43,177 nucleotides of DNA from a virus (taxonomy: Duplodnaviria; Caudoviricetes). Position numbers and translations under genes: made by a program. A model generated the notes under the pieces. It was not told the DNA's origin and did no database searches. It worked only from the letters and a program-made list of their open reading frames with translations. The stretch is taken from the IMG/VR virus record IMGVR_UViG_3300048849_000141, positions 1-43,177 of that record; one strand, written 5' to 3'. Each line of letters starts with the position of its first letter. The first letter of the stretch is position 1. Shown piece after piece: positions 8,130 to 17,386 of this stretch.

Positions 8130-8678
8130 GTGGATGAGAAGCATTGGCAGGTAGAGAAGCAACCGGCATGGCTGGTGGCAGCAATCAAGAAGACTATTTC
8201 AAGTCTTCCGGGTGGGTATGCAGAAGCAGCTGAATGGCTGGGCGTGACTGAGGATGCACTGTTCAACCGCCTGCGTACTAATGGCGATCAGATTTTCCCA
8301 ATGGGCTGGGCGATGGTCCTGCAACAGGCAAGCGACACCAAGCACATCGCTAACGCGGTGTCCCGTCAGTCAAACAGCGTCAACGTTCCGCTGGTGGACA
8401 TTGAGGATGTTGATAACGCGGATATCAATCAGCGACTGATGGAGTCAGTTGAGTGGATTGGCAAGCACTCTGCCTACATCCGCAAAGCAACAGCTGATGG
8501 TGTGATTGATGCGGCGGAGCGTGAGCAGATTGAAGAGAACAGCTATCAGGTCATGGCTAAGTGGCAGGAACATCTGACGCTGCTTTATCGGGTTTTTTGC
8601 CCGCCAGAAAAGGTGAACGCCGCAGGATTGCAGCCCGCGGCGTTCGATGCGACTAAATCAACGTGTGTGGAGAACTAA
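8130..8678 (+). CDS. ymfL: YmfL-family regulatory protein (CII position)
   Basis: EKQPAWLVAAIKKTI..LPGGY.EAAEWLGVTE.ALFNRLR..GDQIFP matches e14/SfV YmfL. Confidence 0.85.
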   Translation: MDEKHWQVEKQPAWLVAAIKKTISSLPGGYAEAAEWLGVTEDALFNRLRTNGDQIFPMGWAMVLQQASDTKHIANAVSRQSNSVNVPLVDIEDVDNADINQRLMESVEWIGKHSAYIRKATADGVIDAAEREQIEENSYQVMAKWQEHLTLLYRVFCPPEKVNAAGLQPAAFDATKSTCVEN

Positions 8679-8682
8679 TCGC

Positions 8683-9033
8683 GTGATCAATTTAACCAGA
8701 TTATCAGGGTTACCGCAATTCCGTTGCCTCCCTTCAGCTGGTGGCCGCTTCAGCAGTGAGCCGCTGCGGTATGTGCTTAATGTACCAGGCGGCGCAGAGG
8801 AAGTTAACCACAGCTTTGTTGACTGGGCTGTGGGCAATGCTAACCAGCGAATGAAGGCGACCAAATGCGAGAACTTGACCGCATCTTCCGAGATAAGCGC
8901 GGCATCCCTGTGCGGGTCATTCGCTGGGAGCCAGAGAACGACAGGGTTATCTACCTGCGCGACAACTACGAACATGGCGAGTGCTTTAGTTCTCTCGAAC
9001 GGTTCAAGCAGTATTTCAGGGAGGTCGAAGTAA
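8683..9033 (+). CDS. ymfM: YmfM-like protein (e14 cell-division inhibitor family)
   Basis: YVLNVPG..E.V.HSF..WAVG..N motif; GTG start after TGTGTGGAG. Confidence 0.65.
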   Translation: MINLTRLSGLPQFRCLPSAGGRFSSEPLRYVLNVPGGAEEVNHSFVDWAVGNANQRMKATKCENLTASSEISAASLCGSFAGSQRTTGLSTCATTTNMASALVLSNGSSSISGRSK

Positions 9034-9059
9034 TTCATGAGCCTACTTCTGAAAGTTAA
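8865..9059 (+). CDS. DUF4222 protein (e14 OweE-like), overlapping ymfM
   Basis: FRDKRGIPVRVIRWEP...RVIYLR..YEH.ECF. Confidence 0.8.
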   Translation: MRELDRIFRDKRGIPVRVIRWEPENDRVIYLRDNYEHGECFSSLERFKQYFREVEVIHEPTSES

Positions 9060-9921
9060 ACCATTGGTGATAAGCCCTGAGCTTGCGCAGCGCATTGGTC
9101 TGAATGAGGCAATTGTGCTGCAGCAGATTTGTTATTGGCTGGAAGACACTACATCCGGCGTCGAATATGACGGCAAACGCTGGGTTTATAACACTATCGA
9201 AGAGTGGACTAATCAGTTCCCGTTCTGGTCGTCTGACACGGTTAAACGCGCTCTGACCTCTCTCAAAAAGCGCGATTTGATTTTTGTCGAGCAGCTGAAA
9301 AAATCTCAGCATGATCGGACTAATTATTACGCAATTAACCACGCAAACCCTTTGTTGACCGATGAGGGCAAATTGCACTCATCGAAGGATGCAACTTGCA
9401 CCAATCGAGCAGAGCAACCTGCACCAATCGATAAGGGCAACATGCCCTCATCCATCGGGGCAAATTGCCCTCATCTTACAGAGAATACAACAGAGAATAC
9501 TACAGAGATTACAACAACCCCTTCTTGTCAGGTTGCGGGGCAACCCGACCATGCCCCTGATGCAAATCAGGCTGCTTTTAGCGTTCTGGAGCATCTGAAC
9601 CGCGCAGCAGGCATGCGCTTTCAGAAATCAAAATCCTCACTGGCACCAATTCGCGGTCGGCTGGCTGAAGATTTCACTGCTGATGAACTGATCCTCACTG
9701 TGGATTACTCAATCGCGAAGTGGGCTGAAGACCCAAAAATGTGTGAGTACGTCCGACCGGAAACAATTTTCCGTCCGGGTAAGTTTCCCGGCTATCTGAG
9801 TTCCGCTCAGAAGTGGGATAAAGCGGGGCGGCCTAAGTGCATCAACGGTAAGTGGCAGCGTGATGTGATGGCTATCTCATCAATGGACTATGAAATTCCT
9901 AACGGCTTTCGCGGCGCATAA
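9037..9921 (+). CDS. Replication initiator with conserved phage C-terminal domain
   Basis: N-terminal wHTH (IGLNEAIVLQQ..YW), internal iterons, C-terminal YVRPETIF..KFPGYL. Confidence 0.85.
   Translation: MSLLLKVKPLVISPELAQRIGLNEAIVLQQICYWLEDTTSGVEYDGKRWVYNTIEEWTNQFPFWSSDTVKRALTSLKKRDLIFVEQLKKSQHDRTNYYAINHANPLLTDEGKLHSSKDATCTNRAEQPAPIDKGNMPSSIGANCPHLTENTTENTTEITTTPSCQVAGQPDHAPDANQAAFSVLEHLNRAAGMRFQKSKSSLAPIRGRLAEDFTADELILTVDYSIAKWAEDPKMCEYVRPETIFRPGKFPGYLSSAQKWDKAGRPKCINGKWQRDVMAISSMDYEIPNGFRGA
9361..9518 (+). repeat. Replication origin: five iterons plus A-rich repeats
   Basis: GCAAnnTGCnCnnATC x5 at about 22-23 bp period, then ACAGAGAATAC x2-3, inside the rep gene. Confidence 0.8.
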
Positions 9922-9933
9922 GGGGATAGAGCG

Positions 9934-10368
9934 ATGATTAACCACGAATCAAAAATTCTTGAACTGATTACCCGCAATGGCCCGCTGAAGGTGCGCGAAC
10001 TCTGCAAGCTTACCGGCCTGCATGAGACTTCAGTGAAGCGCTTTATCAAACCACTTTTCACCAGAGGGACTCTCAAGCGTGCCAGCGACTGGAGCTATTC
10101 GATCAACACCGCGCCGGTGCCTGAAGAGAGCGAAAAGCATCGCCAGCTGGCGAAGCAGGCTACCGAACTTGAGGCCAAAGGGTTTTGGCTGCGTGCCGCT
10201 CAGGTCTGGCGTGAAGCAATGCTGGTGGCAAAGTTCGATGCATCACGCAATGAAGCCAAAGAGAACTGCGACCGCTGTGCTGCAAGAGGCTCGCTTAACT
10301 GTGGCAACTATGGCGGGCTTGATACAGGCCGTATTGGCGAAAGCTTCCTGAGTGAGGATCGCCAATGA
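9934..10368 (+). CDS. HTH + PerC-family transcriptional regulator
   Basis: A.ELEAKGFWLRAA.VW PerC motif. Confidence 0.8.
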   Translation: MINHESKILELITRNGPLKVRELCKLTGLHETSVKRFIKPLFTRGTLKRASDWSYSINTAPVPEESEKHRQLAKQATELEAKGFWLRAAQVWREAMLVAKFDASRNEAKENCDRCAARGSLNCGNYGGLDTGRIGESFLSEDRQ

Positions 10369-10487
10369 AAGCGCACCTGAAGAGCCACTACCAACGCAAT
10401 GAGATTTTCTACCAGGCCATCCGCACCGCAGCGGTGATGATTGCCGCCCTGATTATTGTCCTGACATGGGAGCTGACCACAGCATGA
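10365..10487 (+). CDS. 40-aa single-TM peptide (not in ORF track)
   Basis: MKAHLKSHYQRNEIFYQAIRTAAVMIAALIIVLTWELTTA; ATGA overlaps on both sides; GAGG RBS. Confidence 0.6.
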   Translation: MKAHLKSHYQRNEIFYQAIRTAAVMIAALIIVLTWELTTA

Positions 10488-11815
10488 GCACATTAGCGCG
10501 CATTTACGACGACAAAAAAAATAGCGATACCGACATCACCACCCGCAAAACTTACCTGCTGGGCGTTGATGAGCTGTATGTCGAAACTAATTACAACATT
10601 CGTGATATCGATCAGACCCATGTCGAGGAGTTCCGCGACGCCTTTATCGCTGGTGAACATGTGCCTCCGCTGGCTGTTAAGGTCACCGAAAAGGGCATTA
10701 AGATCATTGATGGCCATCACCGCTATTACGGTGCGAAGCTGGCTCAGGAAGCGGGCTATACGCTGCGCCTTGAGTGTAAGGACTTCGTGGGCAGTGAAGC
10801 CGACAGCGTTGCTTTCATGGTCACCAGCAGTCAGGGCCGCGCTTTGTTGCCGCTGGAACGCGCAGCAGCCTATCAGCGCCTCGTTAATCAGGGATTAGAG
10901 CCAGCTGAGATTGCCGCCAAGGTGAAACGTTCGATCACCGATGTTGAGCAACACCTGCAGTTGCTGACCGTTGGCGAACCTCTGATTGAGATGGTGAAGT
11001 CTGGCGAAGTGGCCGCGACGACCGCAGTAGCCCTGCAGCGTGAGCATGGCGTGAAAGCATCATCAGTGGCACAGGAGCAGATGCAAAAGGCGAAAGCGGC
11101 TGGCAAGAAGAAGCTGACCAAGACCGATGCTATGCCGCAGTTCAGTGCTGCCCAGGCACGCAAGCTTGCAGAACTGATTGCTAAACATTCTCAGACAGAG
11201 CAGAGCGATGAAGGCGCACGCATTACGCTGACGTTTGAAACTGACCTGCATGCGGCTGAGCTGATGGATATTATCCTGATCGCCAAAGAGCATTACGGCG
11301 TGACTCAATCAGGAAGCGAACAAACGACCTCGGTTAAGGCAGACAACGGTGATGACCTGCCGCTTCTTAAACACGAAATCCTTGAGCAAAGCGGTGTAGA
11401 AGCGTGGGCGTGCGTTATTGCCGCGTTCAAAATGAAAGCTGAGTACACCTACAGCGAATCAAAGTACGCGCATACCTGGGCGGCGGACTCCGTTGAGAAC
11501 CCTACCTGTGTGACAGTTCCGGCAGAGACCATTGCTAAAGCGGTGCGCCTCATCAAAGAGCATCATGACGATCTTGAACTGAAGCTGTGGGTGTCAGAGC
11601 AGTACGATGATCCAGAGCTGGCAAAGGAACAGTTGCAGCGTTTTTCAGCGGTGCTGATTGACGTTCGCCAGGACAGGCCGTGCACGGTTCAGGAGTTTAT
11701 CGCGCTGGTGGAGCAGACTAACCGTGATTGCTGGACAAACATCCGCATGCTGCGTCAGGCCGTACGCGAAGTGGTCGGTCAGATGACTATTCCGGGCATT
11801 GGGGAGACTGCATGA
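10484..11815 (+). CDS. ParB/Srx N-terminal domain protein with long C-terminal extension
   Basis: VPPLAV...IIDGHHRY motif followed by an HTH (EIAAKVKRS). Confidence 0.8.
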   Translation: MSTLARIYDDKKNSDTDITTRKTYLLGVDELYVETNYNIRDIDQTHVEEFRDAFIAGEHVPPLAVKVTEKGIKIIDGHHRYYGAKLAQEAGYTLRLECKDFVGSEADSVAFMVTSSQGRALLPLERAAAYQRLVNQGLEPAEIAAKVKRSITDVEQHLQLLTVGEPLIEMVKSGEVAATTAVALQREHGVKASSVAQEQMQKAKAAGKKKLTKTDAMPQFSAAQARKLAELIAKHSQTEQSDEGARITLTFETDLHAAELMDIILIAKEHYGVTQSGSEQTTSVKADNGDDLPLLKHEILEQSGVEAWACVIAAFKMKAEYTYSESKYAHTWAADSVENPTCVTVPAETIAKAVRLIKEHHDDLELKLWVSEQYDDPELAKEQLQRFSAVLIDVRQDRPCTVQEFIALVEQTNRDCWTNIRMLRQAVREVVGQMTIPGIGETA

Positions 11816-12177
11816 AGTTGACTCTCCCGTTCCCGCCAAGCATGAACACGTATTGGCGTAACACCAGACAGGGAGTATTAATCAGCGCCTCCGGGCGCTG
11901 TTTCCGCTCTAATGCGCTTGCCGCCGTCATGGAGCAACTTAAACGCCGACCACAGCCGATTACAGTGAATGTTGAGGTGAGTGTGCTGCTGTTCCCGCCA
12001 GACAAGCGCCAGCGTGATCTTGATAACTATCTCAAAGCATTATTCGATAGTCTTACTCATGCCGGTGTGTGGGGCGACGACAGCCAGATAAAGCGATTCT
12101 CGGTAGAGTGGGGCGCAACTACAAAGAAGGGTAAAGCCGAAATAACGATCACTCCTTTTAAAGTGGTGGCCGCATGA
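11812..12177 (+). CDS. rusA: RusA Holliday junction resolvase
   Basis: LPFPPS.NTYWR...PPD.R.RDLDNY.K.L.D.L...DDSQI. Confidence 0.93.
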   Translation: MKLTLPFPPSMNTYWRNTRQGVLISASGRCFRSNALAAVMEQLKRRPQPITVNVEVSVLLFPPDKRQRDLDNYLKALFDSLTHAGVWGDDSQIKRFSVEWGATTKKGKAEITITPFKVVAA

Positions 12178-12304
12178 GCGATATTCTTAAGACATAAATT
12201 ACATTCGAATAGAGAATTTTAATTCCTTGGGTTTCAGATATTAAATTGATAAATTCAAATTGTTTAAATGCTTTGCTTTTTTAAAAGTTTTTTCATGTCG
12301 AATT

Positions 12305-13288
12305 TCACTTTTGTTTTAGCTTTATAATTTCCGATATCATACTTGCTAACTTTGAATCTGAAAGATTTTGCAGTTTATCTTTCTCTATAGAGACTGTGCT
12401 CTGCCCCTTTTCTAAAATGAAGTTCCGTTCGGTTTTCATTAAATGAATCACCAGCTCCTTGATCATATCTTCGCTTTTGAAATCTTGAGCATATTTAAGA
12501 GACATAACCTTCATTTCAATGTTTGTAATTTCATTCTGAAAGTATTTGATTTCGTCAAAACCATTTTTATAGAGGCGAAGGAAAAAGTAAGCGAAAAGCT
12601 CAACCACTATTACAAATGATAATTTAGGTAGGTGGTGGATAAAGAACTCCAACCCGCCTGTTGTATTTGATGAGCTGTAAAGAAAGTAAGCAAGGGATAG
12701 TATTCCTATAAATGCTATAGCCGAGCCGATCGCGAGATTGACCCCGCCACGTCGATTGAGTCTGTCTATTTCTAGCTCTAATCGGAGAACCATGTCAGTA
12801 TGGAGTTTATGCAAGCTATAGCTTTTATTAAAGCTAGATATATCAGCTTTTAGGCTACTATCAGCAAGAAGGATTGTATTGCCAATTATTCTTTTTTTTG
12901 CATCAGATATTAACTCAGCCCTCTCGCTTTCTGTTATTTCAACGGACGCTCCAGATGAGGATCTATTTTCAAGTGCAGTTATTTTTCGATTTAAGCTTAA
13001 TATCTCTTTGAAAAAAATGTTGCTTGTTTTGTGTGTTTTATTGTCACCAATGCCTTTGTTCAAATAAGAAATCATTGCACTAACAAAAGAAGCAATCGCT
13101 GCCAGTAAAACAGGCAAAATGAAAAAGAATTCTTTATTGGCGCGTATGGAATTAATTATTAATGACGATTTAGAGTCAATAACTGAAGACAAAGTGGTAA
13201 TCAAAAAGTATACAGATATAGATAGTATCGCTATCGAGTGCCAGTGTTTTTTTAGAAAATTTGCCAATAAAGAAAGGATATATTTCAT
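12305..13288 (-). CDS. AT-rich multi-TM membrane protein (moron)
   Basis: 2+2 TM segments flanking a coiled coil; low GC; opposes the phage operon. Confidence 0.8.
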   Translation of the reverse strand: MKYILSLLANFLKKHWHSIAILSISVYFLITTLSSVIDSKSSLIINSIRANKEFFFILPVLLAAIASFVSAMISYLNKGIGDNKTHKTSNIFFKEILSLNRKITALENRSSSGASVEITESERAELISDAKKRIIGNTILLADSSLKADISSFNKSYSLHKLHTDMVLRLELEIDRLNRRGGVNLAIGSAIAFIGILSLAYFLYSSSNTTGGLEFFIHHLPKLSFVIVVELFAYFFLRLYKNGFDEIKYFQNEITNIEMKVMSLKYAQDFKSEDMIKELVIHLMKTERNFILEKGQSTVSIEKDKLQNLSDSKLASMISEIIKLKQK

Positions 13289-13779
13289 TTTGCTTTTAGC
13301 AGAAGGTGGGTTTCGATTACATTAATTGAAATGAAGACGGGTTGCAAGATTCATCTTTAAAATTTAATCTGAGGCCGCTATGCTGAGATACCACTATCAA
13401 TTGATGTTCGAACTTATACGGTAAAATTGTCTAAGTTCGCAAAGATGAAAGCAATCCTTAAAATATAAGGACTTTCTAGCATAACGTATGCAAGTGTCAA
13501 CCCACAGGCAGAGATAAATCTATGAGGCAGCGCAAATACATGTTTGTAGAGTGCTGATCTAATTCGTCATTGACGACACATCGTGTTGACGCTGCTTTTG
13601 GCACAATATAGTCGATGAGCATGGAATAGATGTCACATACTTATATGGTGAATTTACTTACTTTGCCGTTATGATGTCAATGGCCGGTAGCGTATGCAGA
13701 CGCTACCAACAAAGGTGGGTCCCGTTCATTTGCAGATGAAGGGTGTGGCCGATTTACAACAGTGTGTGGAGAAGACAGA

Positions 13780-14496
13780 ATGCTAAATCAATCAGCGGGC
13801 GTCGTTACGTCTGCCGCCAGTGCCATTTATGCCCCAATCATGACCAGTGTAGAAATTGCTGAGTTATGCCAGAAGCGTCACGATCACGTATGCCGTGATA
13901 TTAAAAACATGCTTGAGCAGCTCAATTTTCAATCTCCCCAGATTTGGGGAGATTACACAGATAGCTCCGGCCGTGTTTATCCCTGCTTCAGACTCCCCAA
14001 AGATTTATGCCTTACCCTGATATCAGGCTATAACGTCGTGTTGCGAAAGCGCATTATTGATCGCTGGCTTGAGCTGGAACAGTCTCAGCCCGTAAAAACA
14101 CCACAATCATTTGCTGAAGCACTTCGCTTAGCTGCCGATCTGGAAGAGCAAAAGGACCGCCTGCAGCAGCAGTTGGCTGAAGCCGCCCCAAAAGTTGAGT
14201 TCGTAGACCGCTATGTTACTGCTACTGGTTCAATGACATTCCGCCAGGTGGCAAAACTTCTTGAGGCGAAAGAGCCTGAGTTCCGCCTGTTCCTGATTGA
14301 AAGCCATGTGATGTATCGGCTCAATAACGTCCTCACTCCATATAGCCAGCACATCGACGCCGGTCGATTTGAGGTAAGAACCGGAACCACTACCGGATCA
14401 AACTATGCTTTCAGCCAGTCCCGCTTCACCGCGAAGGGTGTTCAGTGGATTGGCGGGCTATGGGCAGCGCATAAAGCTGCTGGTGGTGCTGAGTGA
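13780..14496 (+). CDS. Antirepressor (Rha N-domain + KilA-C/ANT C-domain)
   Basis: MTSVEIAEL..KRHDHV.RDI; PQSFAEALRLAADL; APKVEFVDRYV; FTAKG..WI. Confidence 0.88.
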   Translation: MLNQSAGVVTSAASAIYAPIMTSVEIAELCQKRHDHVCRDIKNMLEQLNFQSPQIWGDYTDSSGRVYPCFRLPKDLCLTLISGYNVVLRKRIIDRWLELEQSQPVKTPQSFAEALRLAADLEEQKDRLQQQLAEAAPKVEFVDRYVTATGSMTFRQVAKLLEAKEPEFRLFLIESHVMYRLNNVLTPYSQHIDAGRFEVRTGTTTGSNYAFSQSRFTAKGVQWIGGLWAAHKAAGGAE

Positions 14497-15509
14497 GAGC
14501 ACTACTTACTCCTGAAATAGCGCCACGCACAGGGATTGTGCTGCTTAAGCCGGGGCCAGAGCTTCTGAGGATGTTCAAGGGACGTGTTGTGATCAGTACA
14601 CCGACACTGGATATGGCAGACCTGCCATCAGGGCGACTGAATGACGGCACACAGCCGTTACTTGATGAGCCCTCACTGATTCCCTTCTTCAGTCACGAAC
14701 GCGTTATAAAGGCCGCTGGTGGACCGAATGCGCTGGCATCCTTCGTCCAGTCCTTCGGGTGCTGCCAGTGGGAGCAGTTGGGAGTGTGGCATCACCATGA
14801 ATTCACAGTGTCAGAAATCGAAAACGGCCTGGTTTCTCTTTGCTATAGCCACGATAATGAGTTCAGGGAAAACGGCGTACCCGGTAGCCTGGAGAATATC
14901 GCCATAGGTAACACCGCACTTTGGATAATCAGGGCTGCATGCAGTCAGATGGCGCTTAACGGTGACCACCAGCTGACCCTGCCGGAACTGTGCTGGTGGG
15001 CAACCCTGAATGATGTGATTGACCTGATACCAGAGGCACCGGCCCGGCGCGTCCTGCGCATGCCGAAAGAGATCATCCAGAGCGGCGAGCTGAAAGAAGC
15101 CCGTATTGTTCCGGCGCGACCGGCTCGCGAGGTGATTCAGGATGCTGCGCAGTTGTTCAAAAAGATAATCGACTTACGCGCCGATCCTGAATCACCAGAA
15201 TCATTCATGAAGCGCCCCAAGCGTAAGCGCTGGGAGAATGAGAAGTACACGTGTTGGGTTAAGTCACAGAGCTGCGCATGTTGCGGCATGCAGGCTGACG
15301 ATCCTCATCACATCATTGGACACGGACAGGGGGGAATGGGAACGAAGGCGCATGATTTATTTGTGATACCGCTATGCAGAGCGCATCACGATGAACTGCA
15401 CCGGGACATGAAAGCGTTTGAAGCAAAATATGGCAGCCAGGTTGAGCTGCTATTCAGGTTCCTCGATTTCGCGATTGCAGTCGGAGTGATTGGGACGGAC
15501 AAAAAATAA
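14493..15509 (+). CDS. DUF968 (YdfU-like) protein
   Basis: MRALLTPEIA...; CACCG..ADDPHH.IGHG.GGMGTKAHD.F..PLCR.HH. Confidence 0.88.
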   Translation: MRALLTPEIAPRTGIVLLKPGPELLRMFKGRVVISTPTLDMADLPSGRLNDGTQPLLDEPSLIPFFSHERVIKAAGGPNALASFVQSFGCCQWEQLGVWHHHEFTVSEIENGLVSLCYSHDNEFRENGVPGSLENIAIGNTALWIIRAACSQMALNGDHQLTLPELCWWATLNDVIDLIPEAPARRVLRMPKEIIQSGELKEARIVPARPAREVIQDAAQLFKKIIDLRADPESPESFMKRPKRKRWENEKYTCWVKSQSCACCGMQADDPHHIIGHGQGGMGTKAHDLFVIPLCRAHHDELHRDMKAFEAKYGSQVELLFRFLDFAIAVGVIGTDKK

Positions 15510-15530
15510 AGTGTGTGGAGAGGAATAACT

Positions 15531-15893
15531 ATGCGTGACATGTCACAGATATTAGAGCGTTGGGCGGGATGGGCAAAATCAGAGAGCAGTGGCGTTGATT
15601 ACTCACCAATTGCAGCTGGCTTTAAGGGGCTTTTACCTCAAATGTCAAAAATGAGCTTATCATGCAGCGATGATGATGGGTTAATTATTGAATCATGCCT
15701 GGCTAAACTAAAGTCGAAGCGTCCCGATGAGCATAAATTAATTGTTCTGCATTACTTTTATGACATTTCAAAAAGAAAGCTGGCGCAACGCGCAAAATGT
15801 GACGAAAAGTTGATTCGAATCCAAGTGCAAATGGCAGAAGGCTTTATTGACGGCTGTCTTTCAATGCTTGATGTCAAACTTGAGATGGAGTAA
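15531..15893 (+). CDS. Q: Late antitermination protein Q
   Basis: MRD...LERWAGWA...VDYS.IAAGFKGLLP...CSDDDG..AEGFIDGCL. Confidence 0.9.
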   Translation: MRDMSQILERWAGWAKSESSGVDYSPIAAGFKGLLPQMSKMSLSCSDDDGLIIESCLAKLKSKRPDEHKLIVLHYFYDISKRKLAQRAKCDEKLIRIQVQMAEGFIDGCLSMLDVKLEME

Positions 15894-15908
15894 AGCTTAG
15901 ACAGCATG

Positions 15909-15930
15909 AAGCCCGATTAATCGGGCTTTT
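15909..15930. terminator. Terminator between Q and the convergent moron
   Basis: AAGCCCGA-TTAA-TCGGGCTTTT. Confidence 0.65.
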
Positions 15931-16933
15931 CCTCGGCATCAACATCTTTTACATACAAAATTATAGCTGATTTAATTTCACCATCGACATGCTTTGCATT
16001 AATACTCAGGTGAACAGGTCTACGTTCCCACTCAGCTTGCTGCAGTGCTTCTTTATTACCTGTTTCATCGAGAAATATATCCTGAACTAAGCAGGTAAGC
16101 CGCTGGTCGCTACGTACATTCCTTACTTTAACCTTAAACGCTTCCGGATCGGTGTTATTTACTTCCTCAATCCTGTAAATACCATCGATTCGCATTTCCG
16201 AAGAACGCCGACGTGCATTGGTAGTCAATTCGCGTGCCATTTCCGAGTCTAATGTGACGCCATCAATTACTGCTTTGTCGGCTCTCACGAAAGATTTGAC
16301 CATTTCGCTTTTTGCATCGTAGGCCATGCGGTCCATGTTATCGAGCAATGGCTGCTGTTTCATGAAGCTTGCCATGATCTCTATGCGCTTTGTCTCTTCA
16401 TGGCTCATAGTTTGCATGGTTTTGAGATGTTCTTTATCACCATCTTTGTTAATTTCAGCAAGCCTGACCTCTTTTCGATTATCGAGATAGCGGCGGAAAA
16501 TGGAAACTCCACCCCAAATTAAACCGGCGCTGATGACAGTGATCATTATTTCTTGTGCGCTCATTTTCCCCACAAGTTCTTGAGAAAGCTTTGTTAAAAA
16601 ACCGTTCATATCAACCGTTAAGATTGATGATCCCTGCTTAACCTCAACCGAGATTTCAAGCTCTTCACGGTCTTCTTTCGTCAGGCGCCGAGGATCGGGA
16701 GTACCGAATTTTGCCAGGGCAAAAGCTCTATTGATCTGACTTTGCATCTCAATAAAACCTTTCATAACGGAAGGGGTCAAGCTTTGGTTGAAGTTATCGC
16801 CTTCCAGCTTAAACGAAAGGTTGGGCCATCCGTCAAACGAAATGTGCTCTGGTAGTTGATGACCAGCCAAGTAATTCTCAATTAGTTGATATGCTTGTTC
16901 TTCAGTCGAAACGAGGAGTTCTTCCTGAGCCAA
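15917..16933 (-). CDS. Unknown 338-aa moron protein with central hydrophobic helix
   Basis: Long ORF with TTG start and GAGG RBS, inserted between Q and pR'. Confidence 0.8.
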   Translation of the reverse strand: MAQEELLVSTEEQAYQLIENYLAGHQLPEHISFDGWPNLSFKLEGDNFNQSLTPSVMKGFIEMQSQINRAFALAKFGTPDPRRLTKEDREELEISVEVKQGSSILTVDMNGFLTKLSQELVGKMSAQEIMITVISAGLIWGGVSIFRRYLDNRKEVRLAEINKDGDKEHLKTMQTMSHEETKRIEIMASFMKQQPLLDNMDRMAYDAKSEMVKSFVRADKAVIDGVTLDSEMARELTTNARRRSSEMRIDGIYRIEEVNNTDPEAFKVKVRNVRSDQRLTCLVQDIFLDETGNKEALQQAEWERRPVHLSINAKHVDGEIKSAIILYVKDVDAEEKPD

Positions 16934-17043
16934 AATGGCGTCCTCTTGTGCTGTGAGTGTAAGTTATACCGAACAATTAGACATTTTTATGAGTTCGGAC
17001 CGCAGAAGAATACGAAAATAAAGCATTTGTCTGAAAAAATCAT

Positions 17044-17085
17044 TAGTGCGGTCCGCAAAAACATGTGTATTGTGATAAGAGTGGT
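17044..17085 (+). promoter_or_regulatory. Putative late promoter pR'/qut
   Basis: GTGCGGTCCGCAAAAA...TATTGT followed by a short leader and terminator; typical position upstream of the lysis genes. Confidence 0.55.
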
Positions 17086-17137
17086 TTCTACGCAGTACTG
17101 CTTATCATCGTAAAGTGAGTTCCAAATGTGGACGCCA

Positions 17138-17180
17138 AAGCGCCTCGGATCTTACCAGCCTGGAGGCGTTTTTTGTTTTT
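17138..17180 (+). terminator. tR'-like terminator
   Basis: AGCGCCTC...GAGGCGTT then T-rich tail. Confidence 0.65.
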
Positions 17181-17386
17181 AAATATTATACCCTGTAGGG
17201 GATGGCAATTTGCCTATCCCTTTTAGGGGATAAGAAATTCACCCTGTTGCCGACGGGAAAGGCACTTACCGCTATCGCGTCAGGGTTCCTACACAAAGAG
17301 ATCGCCATTAGAACGGCCTTTTTTAAGGACCAAATTCTGCTTTTTGCTCATCAAGGTGTGTTTTCTGTTCAGTTAAGGTGGTTAAT

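Noticed and set aside
9361-9518. Regularly spaced repeats resembling a mini-CRISPR
   Set aside because: Inside the rep gene with no unique spacers and no cas genes; these are origin iterons.
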